Assembly (NCBI RefSeq): GCF_001194135.2
Contig: NC_068988.1
Span: forward strand, 45,842,532-45,906,531
From: Octopus bimaculoides
Taxonomy: Eukaryota
DNA length: 64,000 bases
Direction of reading: 5' to 3'
Position numbers and translations under genes: made by a program. The notes under the pieces were generated by a model that saw nothing but the letters and a program-made list of their open reading frames with translations, was not told the origin of the DNA and ran no database searches. Of the stretch, positions 12,380-25,400 are shown one piece after another (the first letter of the stretch is position 1; each line of letters opens with the position of its first letter).

Positions 12380-13040
12380 GTATGAAAGGAAGGAAGGAAG
12401 GAAGGAAGGAACAAATATGGTGAGGGAGAGAGTAAAAAAATTAACAAATTCAGGGAGAAGTTTACAGAGTAGGAGAGACAGATACAATGAAAACTAGAAT
12501 GAAAATATAGAAAGTTAGATTAACAGTGAAAGAGAATGATATCGTGAGGTAGGAGGGAACGGGATAAAAACAGGAAGATAGAGAGAAAGGAAGGGTGTAA
12601 GAAAAGATACATAAAAAATTATCAAGGTGAAGGGGGTAGAGAGAGGAAGACAGAAAGAATATGATCAAATGAAGAAGAAAATGTTAGAAAAGTTAGAAAA
12701 TATAAAAATTATTCAGAAATTTATTGCAAAATTGAGGAAGGATAACAACAGATAGAAAGACAGATTAAAATAAATAAATAAATGAAAGAAGATTGCTAAA
12801 AAAAAAAAGAGGAAACAGAAACGAAATTTAAAACTGAGAGAGAGCAAGAGGTTAGGAGAGAGAGAAACCTTGAGGGGTAAATGAAAGAATGATATGAAAA
12901 AGAAAGAGTCAGAAGCTAAGAGTTTTCTGTAGAAGTTACAGTAAGGGGAGGAAAAAAGAGAAAGATGGAAAGAAAGAAAAAGGAAGTGAAAGCAAGAAAA
13001 CAATAGAAACATATAAAAAAAATACATTTAAAAAAAAAAA
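12380..13040. repeat. Purine-rich (GA-rich) low-complexity tract
   Basis: Strong A/G strand bias; it explains the F/L/S-rich minus-strand ORFs. Confidence 0.75.
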
Positions 13041-13604
13041 CGAAAATTTCCAAAAACCCTTCCAGGAAATACTTGACAAATATTGATTATTGGAGAATAT
13101 TTTGAAATACAAAACCAAAAATCCTCTAAAATATGAATAACAAAATAAAAGCAAATAAACGAAAGTAAAAATCTAAATTTGCAAACATAAAGGTATATAT
13201 AAACACTCATATGTATGGGTGGAAGAAAAATAAATTGGTTTATAATTAATTTCTTCGTTCTATATTAAAAGTTTTATTTTACCATATTCCTTTTGTAAAT
13301 TGTTTTTATTTCATTTCTGTCCATTAAAAAAAAAAAAAACGAACAAACCAAAACTTTCTTGTTAAATGTATATTTTTGATCGTTTTGTTTGCTGTTAGAC
13401 ACAGATTTTGGGCATGTTGGATTTCAGGGGCTTAAGATGGAGTTAGAAGAGTATAAATGATGTATGAGCAATAGTATAATCGGTTAATAAACATTTCAAA
13501 AACCTACTCAAATGTCTTAATAACAAAATGTTCTGTGATTTATCTTTGGAATCTTTCTTTTCGCTCTCTCCTTTCTCTCTCTCTGTCATTCTCTCTCTCT
13601 CTGC

Positions 13605-13640
<36 letters not shown>

Positions 13641-14224
13641 AACCCCCACATAAGTTTTTGGTTATTCTTCTTCTAAATCTGAAAGAATACAAAACTGGAC
13701 TCAAGATGGTTTCAAACTGACTGGTTTCAGGTAATTAATTTCGTGCCTCATTGCTCTTCAGTTCAAATCCCCTATAGGGGAATAAAACAAGTAGAAATCA
13801 GCCTGTATACTGTCACTTGACCAGTTAGAAACAGTAGTGAAAACTACATCTGATTATATCCTGCCATAATAAAAATAGGATACATTGAATAATGTAATTC
13901 TAAATACATACCTCTGAATAAAAGACTAGATGGTCATGAGTAGTCAGTAATTTGATTCTTAGTTTTCTAGGACAGGAATGACCTGAGGCCAAAGAATAAC
14001 AATAATGGGAGTTCCTTTGTTTTGTGACAAAACACTATTCTACATTACCTTATTTCACCTAGCTGTTAGTAGGAATTGATGCTAAATCTTCAAGGAATGT
14101 TAGCTGGTGTCGCATAACTAGCACCTGTTCTGGTGGCATGTAAAATACACCTTTTAAGCATTGGGTCTCAAAGAGGTAATGACAAATGACCGAGACCTTT
14201 GGTAATATGCTGCGCTTAAAGGTG

Positions 14225-14349
14225 GTGAGCTGGCAGTAAAGTCGAGCTAATCGACTCCAGGACTTATTCTTTGTAAGCCTAGTACTTATTCTATCGGTCT
14301 TTTTAGCTGAACAGCTAAAGTTACGGGGACATAAACACACCAACATCAG
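14225..14349 (-). mobile_element. SINE family C 3' part, cut by a gap
   Basis: The reverse complement matches 28060-28170 (gtaagcctagtacttattctatcggtc). Confidence 0.7.
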
Positions 14350-14492
14350 NNNNNNNNNNNNNNNNNNNNNNNNNNNNNNNNNNNNNNNNNNNNNNNNNNN
14401 NNNNNNNNNNNNNNNNNNNNNNNNNNNNNNNNNNNNTATATATAGTAACAGGAAGGTAGGAATTTAAATTATCTCCACATGGTGAGTTGTAA

Positions 14493-14729
14493 TATATATA
14501 AGAAATTAAAGAGGGAAAATGCTCACACATTACATAGTTTTAATATAATTTTTAATATATTTTATATTGTTTGTCAACTGGTTTCACTTTCACTAATCAT
14601 GACATTAAAATTTTAATGTTATGATTAGCGAAAGCAAAACTGGTCGACAAACACAATATAAAATATATTAAATGTTATATTAAAACTATATGAAGTATGT
14701 GCATTTTCTTTCTTTAATTTCTTATATAT
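14493..14729. mobile_element. Loopless ~237-bp palindrome (fold-back/MITE-like element)
   Basis: Arms of ~118 bp are reverse-complementary about the centre 14610/14611 (gacattaaaa|ttttaatgtt). Termini are tatataagaaattaaag / ctttaatttcttatata. Confidence 0.8.
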
Positions 14730-15019
14730 GTATGACAGGCCTCTTTCAGTTTCCGTCTACCAAATATGTATATATAAATATATATATGTATGTGCATATG
14801 CATGCACACACACATATACATACAGGTATATACAAAATGTATACATACATGAGTATGTACATTTCTTTAGCTTAAGGCAATTGTCTAGAGGTTATTTCTG
14901 AAATAAGGTGTGATATTATAAATATGAATGCTAAACATGGTAAAATCTGTAAAAAAAGGCCTTAGATATTTATAGACAAATATATTTACATTGTGTATAG
15001 GTACATGCTCTGTAGGCAA

Positions 15020-15059
<40 letters not shown>

Positions 15060-15256
15060 TAACAAACACATATGCAATGGTTAATGTGAAAGGACCAAGT
15101 TATATAAACATAGATCTGATCACATGCAATTATAGATACATTTTCATAAGGACACTCATGAACAGAAACAGACACAATTTCTTATTAATCATAACATTAT
15201 ATCATACTAAAGTTGTTATCATAGCTATAAGAGCACCACACACAGGGATGATGTAC

Positions 15257-15327
<71 letters not shown>

Positions 15328-17451
15328 CATAAATACATATATAGACTCATACAAAAACAGATGTATTCACAGATATACATACATAGACATATATGCTAGC
15401 ACAAATTCTCATACAGGTGTATGTGTATAAATCCATGCTGATGAAAGACACTCACATACATGTATACATACTTACATTCATGCATACATACACACATGCA
15501 TACATGCATGCATACATACATACATACACATATGTACATCACACACTAGCATACATATATAGAAATAGGCAAACAGCATATACACAAGCACATGTAGATA
15601 CATAGACCAGTACACTCTCTCTCTTTCTCTATGTGTCTCTCTGTCTATCTGTCTGTCTCTGTCTGTCTGTCTGTCTCTCTATCTCTCTGTCTATCTTGCT
15701 CTCTCTCTTATATAGACACAAGCAAACACAACACAACTATGCATACATATTCTCTATTGCAGCCCACAGTATTAACAATTTAAACTATGTAACAAAAACC
15801 AAAACTAACCAGTGTATTTAGTTTTATTTTAAAAATAAATATTCAATATTTAATTTTCATTTTTGTTTTATTTATTTCTTTATTCTATTCTTATCACTTA
15901 TTTATTTATTATTTATTTATTTATTATTTTTTTTTTTTTTGCAGAGAGGAGGAAATTATTGTAATTTTTAATGTACCTGTCATGGCAGTTGTAAAAGTAC
16001 CTAAAACAGTAATAATGAAGAAAATAATCTCTGAAATAAGTGAACAAAGAAACAAACAACCAATATTTCATCATTCCCCACAGCTATGAATTTCACTTGA
16101 GAAAGTTAACAGAAATAAAAGCACACTAATGAAAATAATAATAATTAATTGTTATTAAGAAAAACAGAGTAAAAATATAGCACCAAACAACAATAAAAGC
16201 ATCAGCCAAGGCTGCAACATAATGTGTTTAGCTAACAGGATAAACTGAATATAATTCCTTTAGTTTGTTTTATGCTGTTATGACCAAAATGAGCTCTCTG
16301 CCACACAGACAAATAAGTAAATGAATAAATATATATATATATATATATACAAAAATGAAAGGAAATTTAAAATAAGTGATTTTTTAAAACATATATTTCA
16401 ACATTTATGAGATATATTAATGTTTAAAAGATTTGGAAATAATACAGAAATATAAACTCATGTTTATATAATTTCACACTGCAAATTGTGTTTGAGGTTA
16501 AAGTGCTGAAATACTTGTCAAAGAGTGATGAGTTCTTTCCTTGCTGTTCACTGTAATTTTGTTGTTTAGCCCAATATCAACTAATAAAATTTGTAGCCAA
16601 TAAATTAATAATCAAAGACTTTCCAGCTTACCCCTTATTTCACAAATGGTGTACCAATGATTACATTATTCAAGTTACCTTATTTACCGCACCTTTGATC
16701 ACTACTTACATGAATTTGATAAGAACTTTCTTGCAGTTGACTCATTACAGGTATAAATAAATATAAACTGCATCTTATCTATATAAACATTACATGTATT
16801 TACTTTAATAATACTTCCACCTTTTCCCAAACCTTGGTTGAGTTGAGCCAATAAAGGTACTCCTGTCTAGTAATAGGCTGACAGGAAATAACAAACAATT
16901 CCCTTCAAAATTACATTCTCCTATCCTAAAAAAATGAAGGCTTCATTGGTCTGTCTGTCTGCCTGTCTATATTTATGCATATGTATTATATATATATATA
17001 TATATGTGTGTGGGGGGGGGGATACAGAAACTACAATCTGCTTGTGAATGCTGTATAAATGAAAAATGCATACAAAGGTAACAGGTATTGTCAGTTATTA
17101 TACATAATTCAATGGCAAATTAGGAAGGAATTGATTGTTTCTGTTTTGAAATAAAATATTATGTCTGATGCATTACTATGTTGGTTTTTTTTATTCTTTA
17201 TAAGTTACTTGAAAACTTCAAGTATATTTTTTTTTCCTTCAACTCATTATATCCTATTACAAATAAGTTTTGAGGTGAATAGTGTTGGCTTTATGTCTAC
17301 ATGAATGTATGGCTCTTTCAGAGTAGTTTGATAACCCTAGAGCCAATGGAAATTTAGGCAGACTGCCAGATCAGAAAGTATTGCAAACTTTCATTTGTCC
17401 AAAAGCCCACTTGTCTGAAAACTTTAAAACTATAGTATTATTATAGAGAGT

Positions 17452-17808
17452 GAAGGTACATGACTCAGTGGTTAGATCATTCAGCTCACAATCATGAGGT
17501 AGTGAGTTTGATTCCCGAACCAGGGCTCTTTATTGTATTCTTGAGCAAGACATTTCAAGGCATGTTATTTCATGTTGCTCCAGTTCCCCCAGTTCCCTCA
17601 GCTGTATAAACGAGTTGCAGCATCACTGGCGCCAAGCTGTATCAGTCTTCGCTTTTCCCTCGGATAACATCGGCTGCATGGAGAATGGGAACTGGTATGC
17701 ATTGGTGGCTGCTGATCTTCCATAAACAACCTTGCCGAGACTTGTGCCTTGGAGGAGAACCTTGATGGTGCAATGCCATGGTCATTCATGACTGATGGGT
17801 GTCTTTAC
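17452..17808 (+). mobile_element. tRNA-headed SINE family B
   Basis: A box tgactcagtggttaga and B box gagtttgattccc; homologous over its length to 20167-20497. Confidence 0.85.
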
Positions 17809-17929
17809 ACTTTATTATAGAAAGATTCAATATGTCCAAAGTTATATATTTACTTTTGCATTGAAAACTAGTTGCAAGGTTCTTTCTATATTTTGCACTT
17901 TATTTGTATGACCATCTCACAAAATACAA

Positions 17930-17935
<6 letters not shown>

Positions 17936-17991
<56 letters not shown>
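17936..17991. repeat. (AAT)n microsatellite
   Basis: Perfect trinucleotide run. Confidence 0.95.
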
Positions 17992-17992
<1 letters not shown>

Positions 17993-19259
17993 TTGATACA
18001 TGTTTAAAAACACATGTCTAATAAAAATTCTTCATGTGAGATGAGACACTAGTACCCTTCCTCATCGTCATCATTGTTGTCATCATCATGATCGTCATTG
18101 TTGTTCTTGTCATTGTCATCACGGTCGTCATTATCAGTGTCATCTTCATCATCATCATCATTGTTGTTTTGTCCTCTTCCCTCTCATCATCATCCATCAC
18201 CACCACAACCCCCACCACCACTAACTATTGTCATCATCATTTCAATGTCTATGCTTTCATTCTTTCATGGATCAGGCAACATTCTTTGAGACAAATTATC
18301 AGCTGCTGGATGCTCTTTCTGTTATCAACCATTACATGTTTCTAAGCAGAGCTTTTTCAAGTGCAAAGAGATCTATGGTCAGACAGAACTTTCCCAGAAG
18401 ATGATGACAAAATTAACTGTCTTTGTTTACAATCAGCATGCAATACCAAGACAAGGAGATACTAGCACATACACACACATATTCCCCCATACACACACAA
18501 ACATTTACATGAAAGGCTTTTGTCCCTTTCCATCAAATAAATTCACTCACAAGGATCTCGATGACTCATAGCAGAAGTAAGCAGAAAACACTTGTCCAAA
18601 TTATCATGCAAAGGGATTGAATCTGAAACTGCGTGGTTGGATATTAAAATTCTCTGTAGCACAGTTATGTCTATGTCTGATATGATACTAACAGTACCAA
18701 ATATTTTCCTGCAGGTTAGATTTATGTATGCTTTTTATTTAAGTTACTTGCCAACAATATTTCCAAAGAATTTGAAGTAATCGTCCAATTCTGTTTTGTT
18801 ACCTTCAAATTCAAGCTGTGAGAGTGAGTCCAAGGAAAAGCATTTCTGATGATGATAGAAGTGCATATATTTAGTTTTTGAAACATTTAGTGAGGGCTTA
18901 TGCTTTGTTAGTCAATTTGTTGCATTTATATTGTTCTATTCGGGTCTGAATAAATGAAAGAGGAAATCATTGATACGTCTGAGAAATACAGAATGAAATA
19001 AAATAATTTTGCATGTGTGAATGTCATTCTAGTAGACAACAAATGAAAGGGGATATAGAATGAAGCCTTATCAAACACGAATGAAAAGAAGTAGATGAAA
19101 TAGTATTTTTTCCACTGTACTTAACAAACTGATATTGATTAGTGAGGTAATTTTGGAATATTTGATGTGTTTTATATGTAATTCAATAATGATGTAGGTT
19201 GATCACTAATTGAATCCAAGGTACCTGTTGTTGCTGAAACATTTAATCATTCTTCAAAG

Positions 19260-19410
19260 AAAAGTTAAATTGTTGCTATACAGTTCTCACTGGATCTGTT
19301 ATCACAATTGATATTAGACTGTCTTTTTTCAGCCAGGCATCTTTTCAATACTCTTCCAGATTGCTTGTGTTTTTCCAGCTTCTTTCACAAAACCCTTTAA
19401 TCAAGATCTA
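19260..19410 (-). mobile_element. Possible 3' end of an RLE-type non-LTR retrotransposon
   Basis: Minus-strand KSIEKMPG...SIVITDPVRTV* weakly resembles the KYLEKIPG...IVLTGTAHILR-like C-terminus of R4-type elements. Confidence 0.3.
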
Positions 19411-19910
19411 CTGAAAAGGCTAAGAACAAGAGAAATATTAGTGAACAAATACCTTCATTAAGAATATACGTGGATGCCTACCACTCAAGAAAGTGCAATC
19501 TTGGTTGTGCAAATGGGGCAGTAATTCAAGATAGCCTCAGTTTCTCTGAAGTGCTAAATTAATCTATTAAAACTATCATGTCCTTGCACACTTATACTGA
19601 TACCAATATTTGTACAATATTGGTATCAATACTGATACCAATATTTGTAACAGCATTGCCTTCAAGCAATTCATCTCTACATTTTTTTTGCTGTGAATGT
19701 CAGCAGAAATTTGCTAGTGTGCAAAGTTTGCCTTTTTTTCTAAAGTATGTGTGTATCCATGTGAGTAACAATCACCCTAATGCTTTTGGTAAAAACAAAA
19801 ATTCAATTTCATTTTGAAAACTTTATGTACGCATTTTTTCTTTTGTGTCCTCCTTATTTCTGAGAAGCATACTTGACTTTGAAGTTTGTTTTTTATTTAT
19901 TATAGATTAT

Positions 19911-20125
19911 AAGGGCAGCAAGCTTGCAGAATCATTACCACATCAGACAAAATGCTTAGCAGCATTTCGTCTGACTTTACATTCTGAGTTCAAATTCTGC
20001 CAAGGCTGACTTTGCCTTTTATCCTTTCAGGGTCAATAAAATAAATACCAGTTGTGCACTGGGGTCGATGTAATTGACTTATCACTTCCCTGAAATTGCT
20101 GGCCTTGTACCAAAATTTTAAACCA
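19911..20125 (+). mobile_element. SINE family A
   Basis: ggcagcaagcttgcagaatc...gagttcaaattctgcc...ggggtcgatgtaattgac...ggccttgtaccaaaatttt. Confidence 0.85.
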
Positions 20126-20166
20126 TTATTATTATAGATTATATAACATGTATATCTGTACATGTG

Positions 20167-20497
20167 AAGGTGCATGGCTCAGTGGTTAGAACATCAGATC
20201 ACACTCATCAGGTAGTGAGTTCCATTCCCGGACCAGAGCATGTGTTGTGTTCTTGAGCAAGACATTTTATTTCACATTGCTCCAGTTCACTCAGCTGCAG
20301 AAAAAAATGAGTTGTGCCATCACTGCTGCATTGGCCTTTGCCTTTCCTTTGGACAACATTGGTGGCATGGAGAAAAGAAGCTTGTATGCATGGACGACTA
20401 CTGGTCTTTCATAAGTAACCTTGCCTGGACTTGTATCTCGGATGGTAACTTTCTAGGTGCAATCCTTTGGTCATTCTTGATTGAAAGGCGTCTTTAC
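20167..20497 (+). mobile_element. tRNA-headed SINE family B
   Basis: A box tggctcagtggttaga and B-box-like gagttccattccc; homologous to 17452-17808. Confidence 0.85.
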
Positions 20498-21221
20498 TCT
20501 TTTATGCCTTGATACAATGGATACACCTGGATACAATGTTAAGGAGAGTTTATTCAATAGATATCCTGCTGTAAAATTTAATGTATTGACCTTATGGAAG
20601 AAGATATTGAATATGATAATAGAAGTATATATATGTTTTGGTGTATGTATATACATTAATCCTTATTTCATATATTTGTGAGATAAATAAAGACCAGTGC
20701 AATATTTCAGTGCAGAAGATTACTTTGGAACTCAAGTAACTGAAGAAAGTCAATGAGGCAGAAACTAAGGTTGCTGAGACCAGGTAAGGATAGTTTTGGT
20801 TGTCAAGAGATTGCAAATGAAATCCTTTTTGCAGGTGAAGGCTAATTCAGCCCTTACTGCCTCTTCAGGTAGATATACAGTCTAAGGGGAAAAAGTTTGA
20901 AGCATCTACTGACAATAAAGTGGAGTTTCCAACAGTGTGACACTTTTAGTCACCATCAATAGAAAGAGTTTTCAACAGCAGCTCAAGCAAGTTCTTCTTG
21001 GAGCAAAGGATCTCTGATATACATTTCACATGTACTTATATTTGGGCTCTCCTTTCTGAGGTATCTCTTAAGTGATGATCAATTTCGCGTAAAATTCAAG
21101 GCAGATGGGAAAAATCAAGTCAGAAATGTTAAGAAACATGATAAAATACTTACAATAAATTTGAACTCATTGCTCATGAACTGGTTGATGACTATTTTAT
21201 GCACTCAAGCATCTCTTTATA

Positions 21222-21222
<1 letters not shown>

Positions 21223-21291
<69 letters not shown>

Positions 21292-21300
21292 TGTGTGTGT
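21223..21300. repeat. (GT)n microsatellite
   Basis: Near-perfect dinucleotide run. Confidence 0.95.
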
Positions 21301-22594
21301 AATATCTTTTAACTATAAATATATTTGCATGTCTCACCATAGGTAATAAATATTGATTTCTCAGACTGACAAATTGCCATAAATTTGCTTGGAGGACAAG
21401 GTCAATTAAATTAATGCAGTAATTAATTGATACTTAATTTTATCAATTCTATAAGCCTGGAAGTTCACCCTGGTTAAATTTGAAAAAAATATCACTAAGC
21501 TTTTTATCCAGTGTACCATAGATCCTAACATTATTCTCTCTTGTCAGTAATAAATAATGATAATTTATGTTTAACATACAACTACCAGCTTTAAAAAGTT
21601 CTTTTAGAAAATAGAATAAAGTTATTTAATGCTCATGAATCTTCTAAAAATAAAAAAACAAAAAATGATTATTCTAAATACAAAACATATTTTTTCTCTT
21701 CCTTCACAATCTGAAGTTTTGTGAAGTTCAGTATCTTTGGTAAGAAGTTTTGTCAGCTCAAAGGAGCAATTCAATGCATTTCTTAGTTCATTAAAACAAA
21801 TTGTCCATTTTTCATTGAAATTCCAAAGTTACAATTCTAGTTCCACCCATTTCTAAATGCCATTGTATTGTTACAGCAAATATAGAGGTATTGTTTTCCT
21901 TGTTTCAAAAGTATCTGACAGATTTTTAACACAAAATAACAAAACTAAAATTTGCAAAAAATAACAACACTCATAGAGTCAGTTATAATAATCAAACTTT
22001 GTTCACATGATGCTCCATGTATGTGATTGTATACATGTGTTCTGTAACTAAGAATGTATTGTTTTCTCAATTCATATTTTTGATCAAATGAGTGATGTGA
22101 AATGTTACAATTGTAATCAACATCGAGTGGTAAAGGATTTGGTAGAAATGACTGAATATCAGTATTTAGTCCTATTCATAGATGAATGCCAATATTTAGT
22201 TATATTAATACTTGAGTGCCTCAGTATTTAGCATTATTCAAAGATGAGTATCGTTGACTGTCAATATTTGGCTATATTTATTTATGATTCTTTAGCTCGA
22301 TCCTAACAATGTCAATTTGAAGACTTAGCTCACCCTTCTTGTGTCAATTAAATACATTCTGGCAATGTCAATTCAACTGAATGGAGGCCTGCCCTAAAAA
22401 AGAAAATTTATCCTTTTGTCCAAAGCATACCATCATAATTCTCATATATATGTACTGTTTACTGTTTCTGTTGATTTTCTACCATATGGCTAATAGTTTT
22501 CTTTTCAAAAAATGATTTAATTACATACGGTAAGATGAAATACTAAAGTGTTGTAATATTTTGATTTTATCTATTTCTTTATTTTTTATCTTTC

Positions 22595-22830
22595 ACATTT
22601 TTTCAGTCATTGGGCTGTGGTCATGATGGAGCATTGCCTTGAAGGATTTAGTCAAGCAAATCTACCTTAGTACTTATCTGTAAGTCTGGTATTTATTCTA
22701 TCATATACTTTTGCCAAACTGCTAAGTTACAGGTATGTAAATTAATTAAAACCAATTATCAAGCAGTGATGTTGGAAAAATGGACAAACACAATGCAAGC
22801 ACAAAGACACACACACACACACACATGGGA
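22595..22830 (-). mobile_element. SINE family C 3' part, decayed
   Basis: cagtcattgggctgtggtcatgatggagc...tagtacttatctgtaagtctgg matches the reverse complement of 28060-28210. Confidence 0.65.
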
Positions 22831-23039
22831 ACATTCTTATAAGCAAACATTGATGCATCGAGTAGTTGGTAATTTTTAGAAATGAAGGAAACCTTGGACA
22901 CAGGGTAATAGATGTGATAACACTATAGAGATTTTAGAAAATACCGTTATAGATGGAAAAAAGTGGCCAGCAAGCCACTATATATATGTATATATGTGTG
23001 TGTATGTATGTGTGTGTATATATATATATATTATTTTTT

Positions 23040-23295
23040 ATTATTATGCGCCCTTTTAAAGCTTAGCCAGGCTCATGGGCCCAGTTTCCCGGTTTCTATG
23101 GCATATGTGTTCTCCCCACCAGCTGGACGGGACGCCAGTCCATCACAGCATTACTCAAGAAACAGGAAGAAAGAGTGAGAGAAAGTTGGGGTGAAAGACT
23201 ACAACAGGGGTCACCACCATGCTTGCCAGAGGTCTGGGAATTGAAACCCTGTCCTCCGACCGCGATTCCCCTGCCCTAACTACTGGGCCATTGTG
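23040..23295 (-). mobile_element. SINE with family-D tRNA-like head and an alternative 3' tail
   Basis: The reverse complement begins cacaatggcccagtagttagggca...gtttcaattcccagacc and shares aactttctctcactctt with 60372-60744, but the 3' ~130 bp differ. Confidence 0.7.
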
Positions 23296-23593
23296 NNNNN
23301 NNNNNNNNNNNNNNNNNNNNNNNNNNNNNNNNNNNNNNNNNNNNNNNNNNNNNNNNNNNNNNNNNNNNNNNNNNNNNNNNNNNNNNNNNNNNNNNNNNNN
23401 NNNNNNNNNNNNNNNNNNNNNNNNNNNNNNNNNNNNNNNNNNNNNNNNNNNNNNNNNNNNNNNNNNNNNNNNNNNNNNNNNNNNNNNNNNNNNNNNNNNN
23501 NNNNNNNNNNNNNNNNNNNNNNNNNNNNNNNNNNNNNNNNNNNNNNNNNNNNNNNNNNNNNNNNNNNNNNNNNNNNNNNNNNNNNNNNNNNNN
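23296..23593. other. Assembly gap (largest of eight; others at 5555-5564, 11462-11471, 14350-14436, 26921-26931, 28413-28422, 33306-33369, 62484-62583)
   Basis: Runs of N. Confidence 1.
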
Positions 23594-23620
23594 ACATACA
23601 TATATATATATATATAACAA

Positions 23621-23752
23621 CAAATAACAATAGATGGATTGTTGTTCATTTGCTACAGCTGTTTCCGACATGATTTTTATTGATGAATAGAGTTATTGCA
23701 TCACGGGTGGGGGGGACGTTTTGCACATGATGAAATAACTCTATTCATACCA

Positions 23753-23791
<39 letters not shown>

Positions 23792-23843
23792 CACGTCTGA
23801 AACAGTTGTAGTGAGTGAACCAATATCCAGCTGTTATTATTTG
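23621..23843. mobile_element. Hairpin (MITE-like) element with ~83-bp arms and an (AAT)n expansion in the right arm
   Basis: 23621-23703 is the imperfect reverse complement of 23728-23843 once the AAT run is discounted; the spacer is 24 nt. Confidence 0.7.
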
Positions 23844-24878
23844 TTTATTATTCATCTTACTCAGAACCTGCAATTAGCATGGATCTGAAGTTTATTGAGT
23901 GCAGTTCATATGGTGTAGTTTTGTACCTAGGTGCAGCCTTGAAACTCATGGTATATTCAGTCAGATACTGGTGATCGTACATGCAACTAGAATATAAATC
24001 CGTCTTTACTTCAGTATGGACATATATGTTCCTCTAATTTTGCTTTGCACCCAATACCAATTTCATTGACCTGACCTTTCACTTGAATCTTGAACATTTA
24101 TACACACACACACACGCACACACACACACACACACACACATATAATCCAAATAATAATAAGACAAATAAATTCTTTAACACACCTTTAATGATTCATTAC
24201 AATTGTTTAGGTACCAATTTTGCTGGAAATGCCCATATATGTAAGAATTTGAAATGAAAATTTATGCAATGTTTGCCATTTTAAACATAAGAATGATACT
24301 TCATCAGACTTGCATCAAAGGTTTGCTATCACATTGTGCATCTTCCAGGCATCGTTTTTTGGTTTATATCAGGATCAAACAGAAAATAAATAAAAGTTTT
24401 GTAATGAGATGAGTAAGGTAAAAATCACGTGGAGGCGGTATAAAGAGGAATCTTCATATTCTTCTTTTACCTTGTATGTACATGCACCAATTCAACTGAC
24501 CTTTGGCTAGTTACTACCTTTAGTTGTATAGCAGTTCATCTTACATTGCATAACTCCCATCCTTTTCATTATCTCCATTCTTGCACCTGTAGTTATAAGA
24601 CCTGTAGTTATATTTTTTGTTAATGTGAGACATCATTACTTTCGTTAAATTCGAAGGAGGAATTTCAATCATGTTTCATGGTCTGCTACCACAACAGCTC
24701 CTTTATGGCATCCAGTTAGCTCAAGACATCATCAGGAGGAACCACGTCCGGTTTCGCCCCCTACTCCTCTACCGTTTTGATGTGGCAGGGCCCACCTTAC
24801 TACTTAAGGAAATTTTTTTTTCTGTCACCGTGGCTGTTGGATTTACTTCTACAGGGTAAAAAATTTGGGAGCTAATTA

Positions 24879-25400
24879 ATGACCAACATCAAACAGTTGA
24901 TGCAGGAGAAAATTTCAGATATTGTAAAACAATTAAAGCTTGGAACATCTACAGTGGGAACAAAACATAACAAGAACAAAAATATTACAAATATCCAGGT
25001 AGCTACTCTATTTACATATCTCTGTGTACAATATGACTGTCACACTGGACATTACGTGTCAATAAGGATGATGATTATTTGTGAGCAAGCTAAAATGTGA
25101 CAATTTTCAGAAAGAGTAAGAGGAAATTTCTTATGCAAAACATTTTCTGGCTAGTAAATGGTTGAATGGTTTAACAAACACCTTATTTTGTATAGTATTA
25201 AAATTATTGATGAAGCTACCAATATTGATATTAAGGCTGATGCTAATTATCTTGAGAAGCAGAAGAAAAGAATTGCTAGAACAAGTATAGCAAGTTGAAT
25301 AAAAATGACCTTCATAAAAGTGCATGCTAGTTAAAATTTTCATTTCTAGTAAAGACAAATCAGCATCAGAGATCAAGAAACCAAACATTATCAGTTATAC
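24879..25400 (+). mobile_element. Decayed pogo/Tigger-type (CENP-B-like) transposase fragment
   Basis: HTH_psq-like QEKISDIVKQLKLGTSTVGT, then FLASKWLNG (FxASxGW-like), IKIIDEATNIDIKADANYLEKQKK and IFISSKDKSASEIK, in the Tigger order, with stops and frameshifts. Confidence 0.6.

Noticed and set aside
13972-14028. Acceptor-like ttttctag followed by DRNDLRPKNNNNGSSFVL*
   Set aside because: The sequence resembles a decayed SINE tail ending in AAC/AAT repeats.
20711-20869. Two plus-strand AG/GT-bounded segments with a ~51-nt intron
   Set aside because: The first segment has stops in all frames, and splicing creates an immediate TGA.
21640-21880. Minus-strand open stretch (WNFNEKWTICFNELRNALNC...)
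   Set aside because: It is bounded by stops with no usable splice sites; possibly old transposase debris, but no motif can be supported.
22333-22393. Minus-strand segment with a strong acceptor (ttttcttttttag) and donor (gtgagc)
   Set aside because: Stops occur in all three frames. It could only be a UTR or non-coding exon, and nothing else supports that.
23155-23673. Five ORFs of 116-164 aa
   Set aside because: They consist mostly of N-gap (X) residues.
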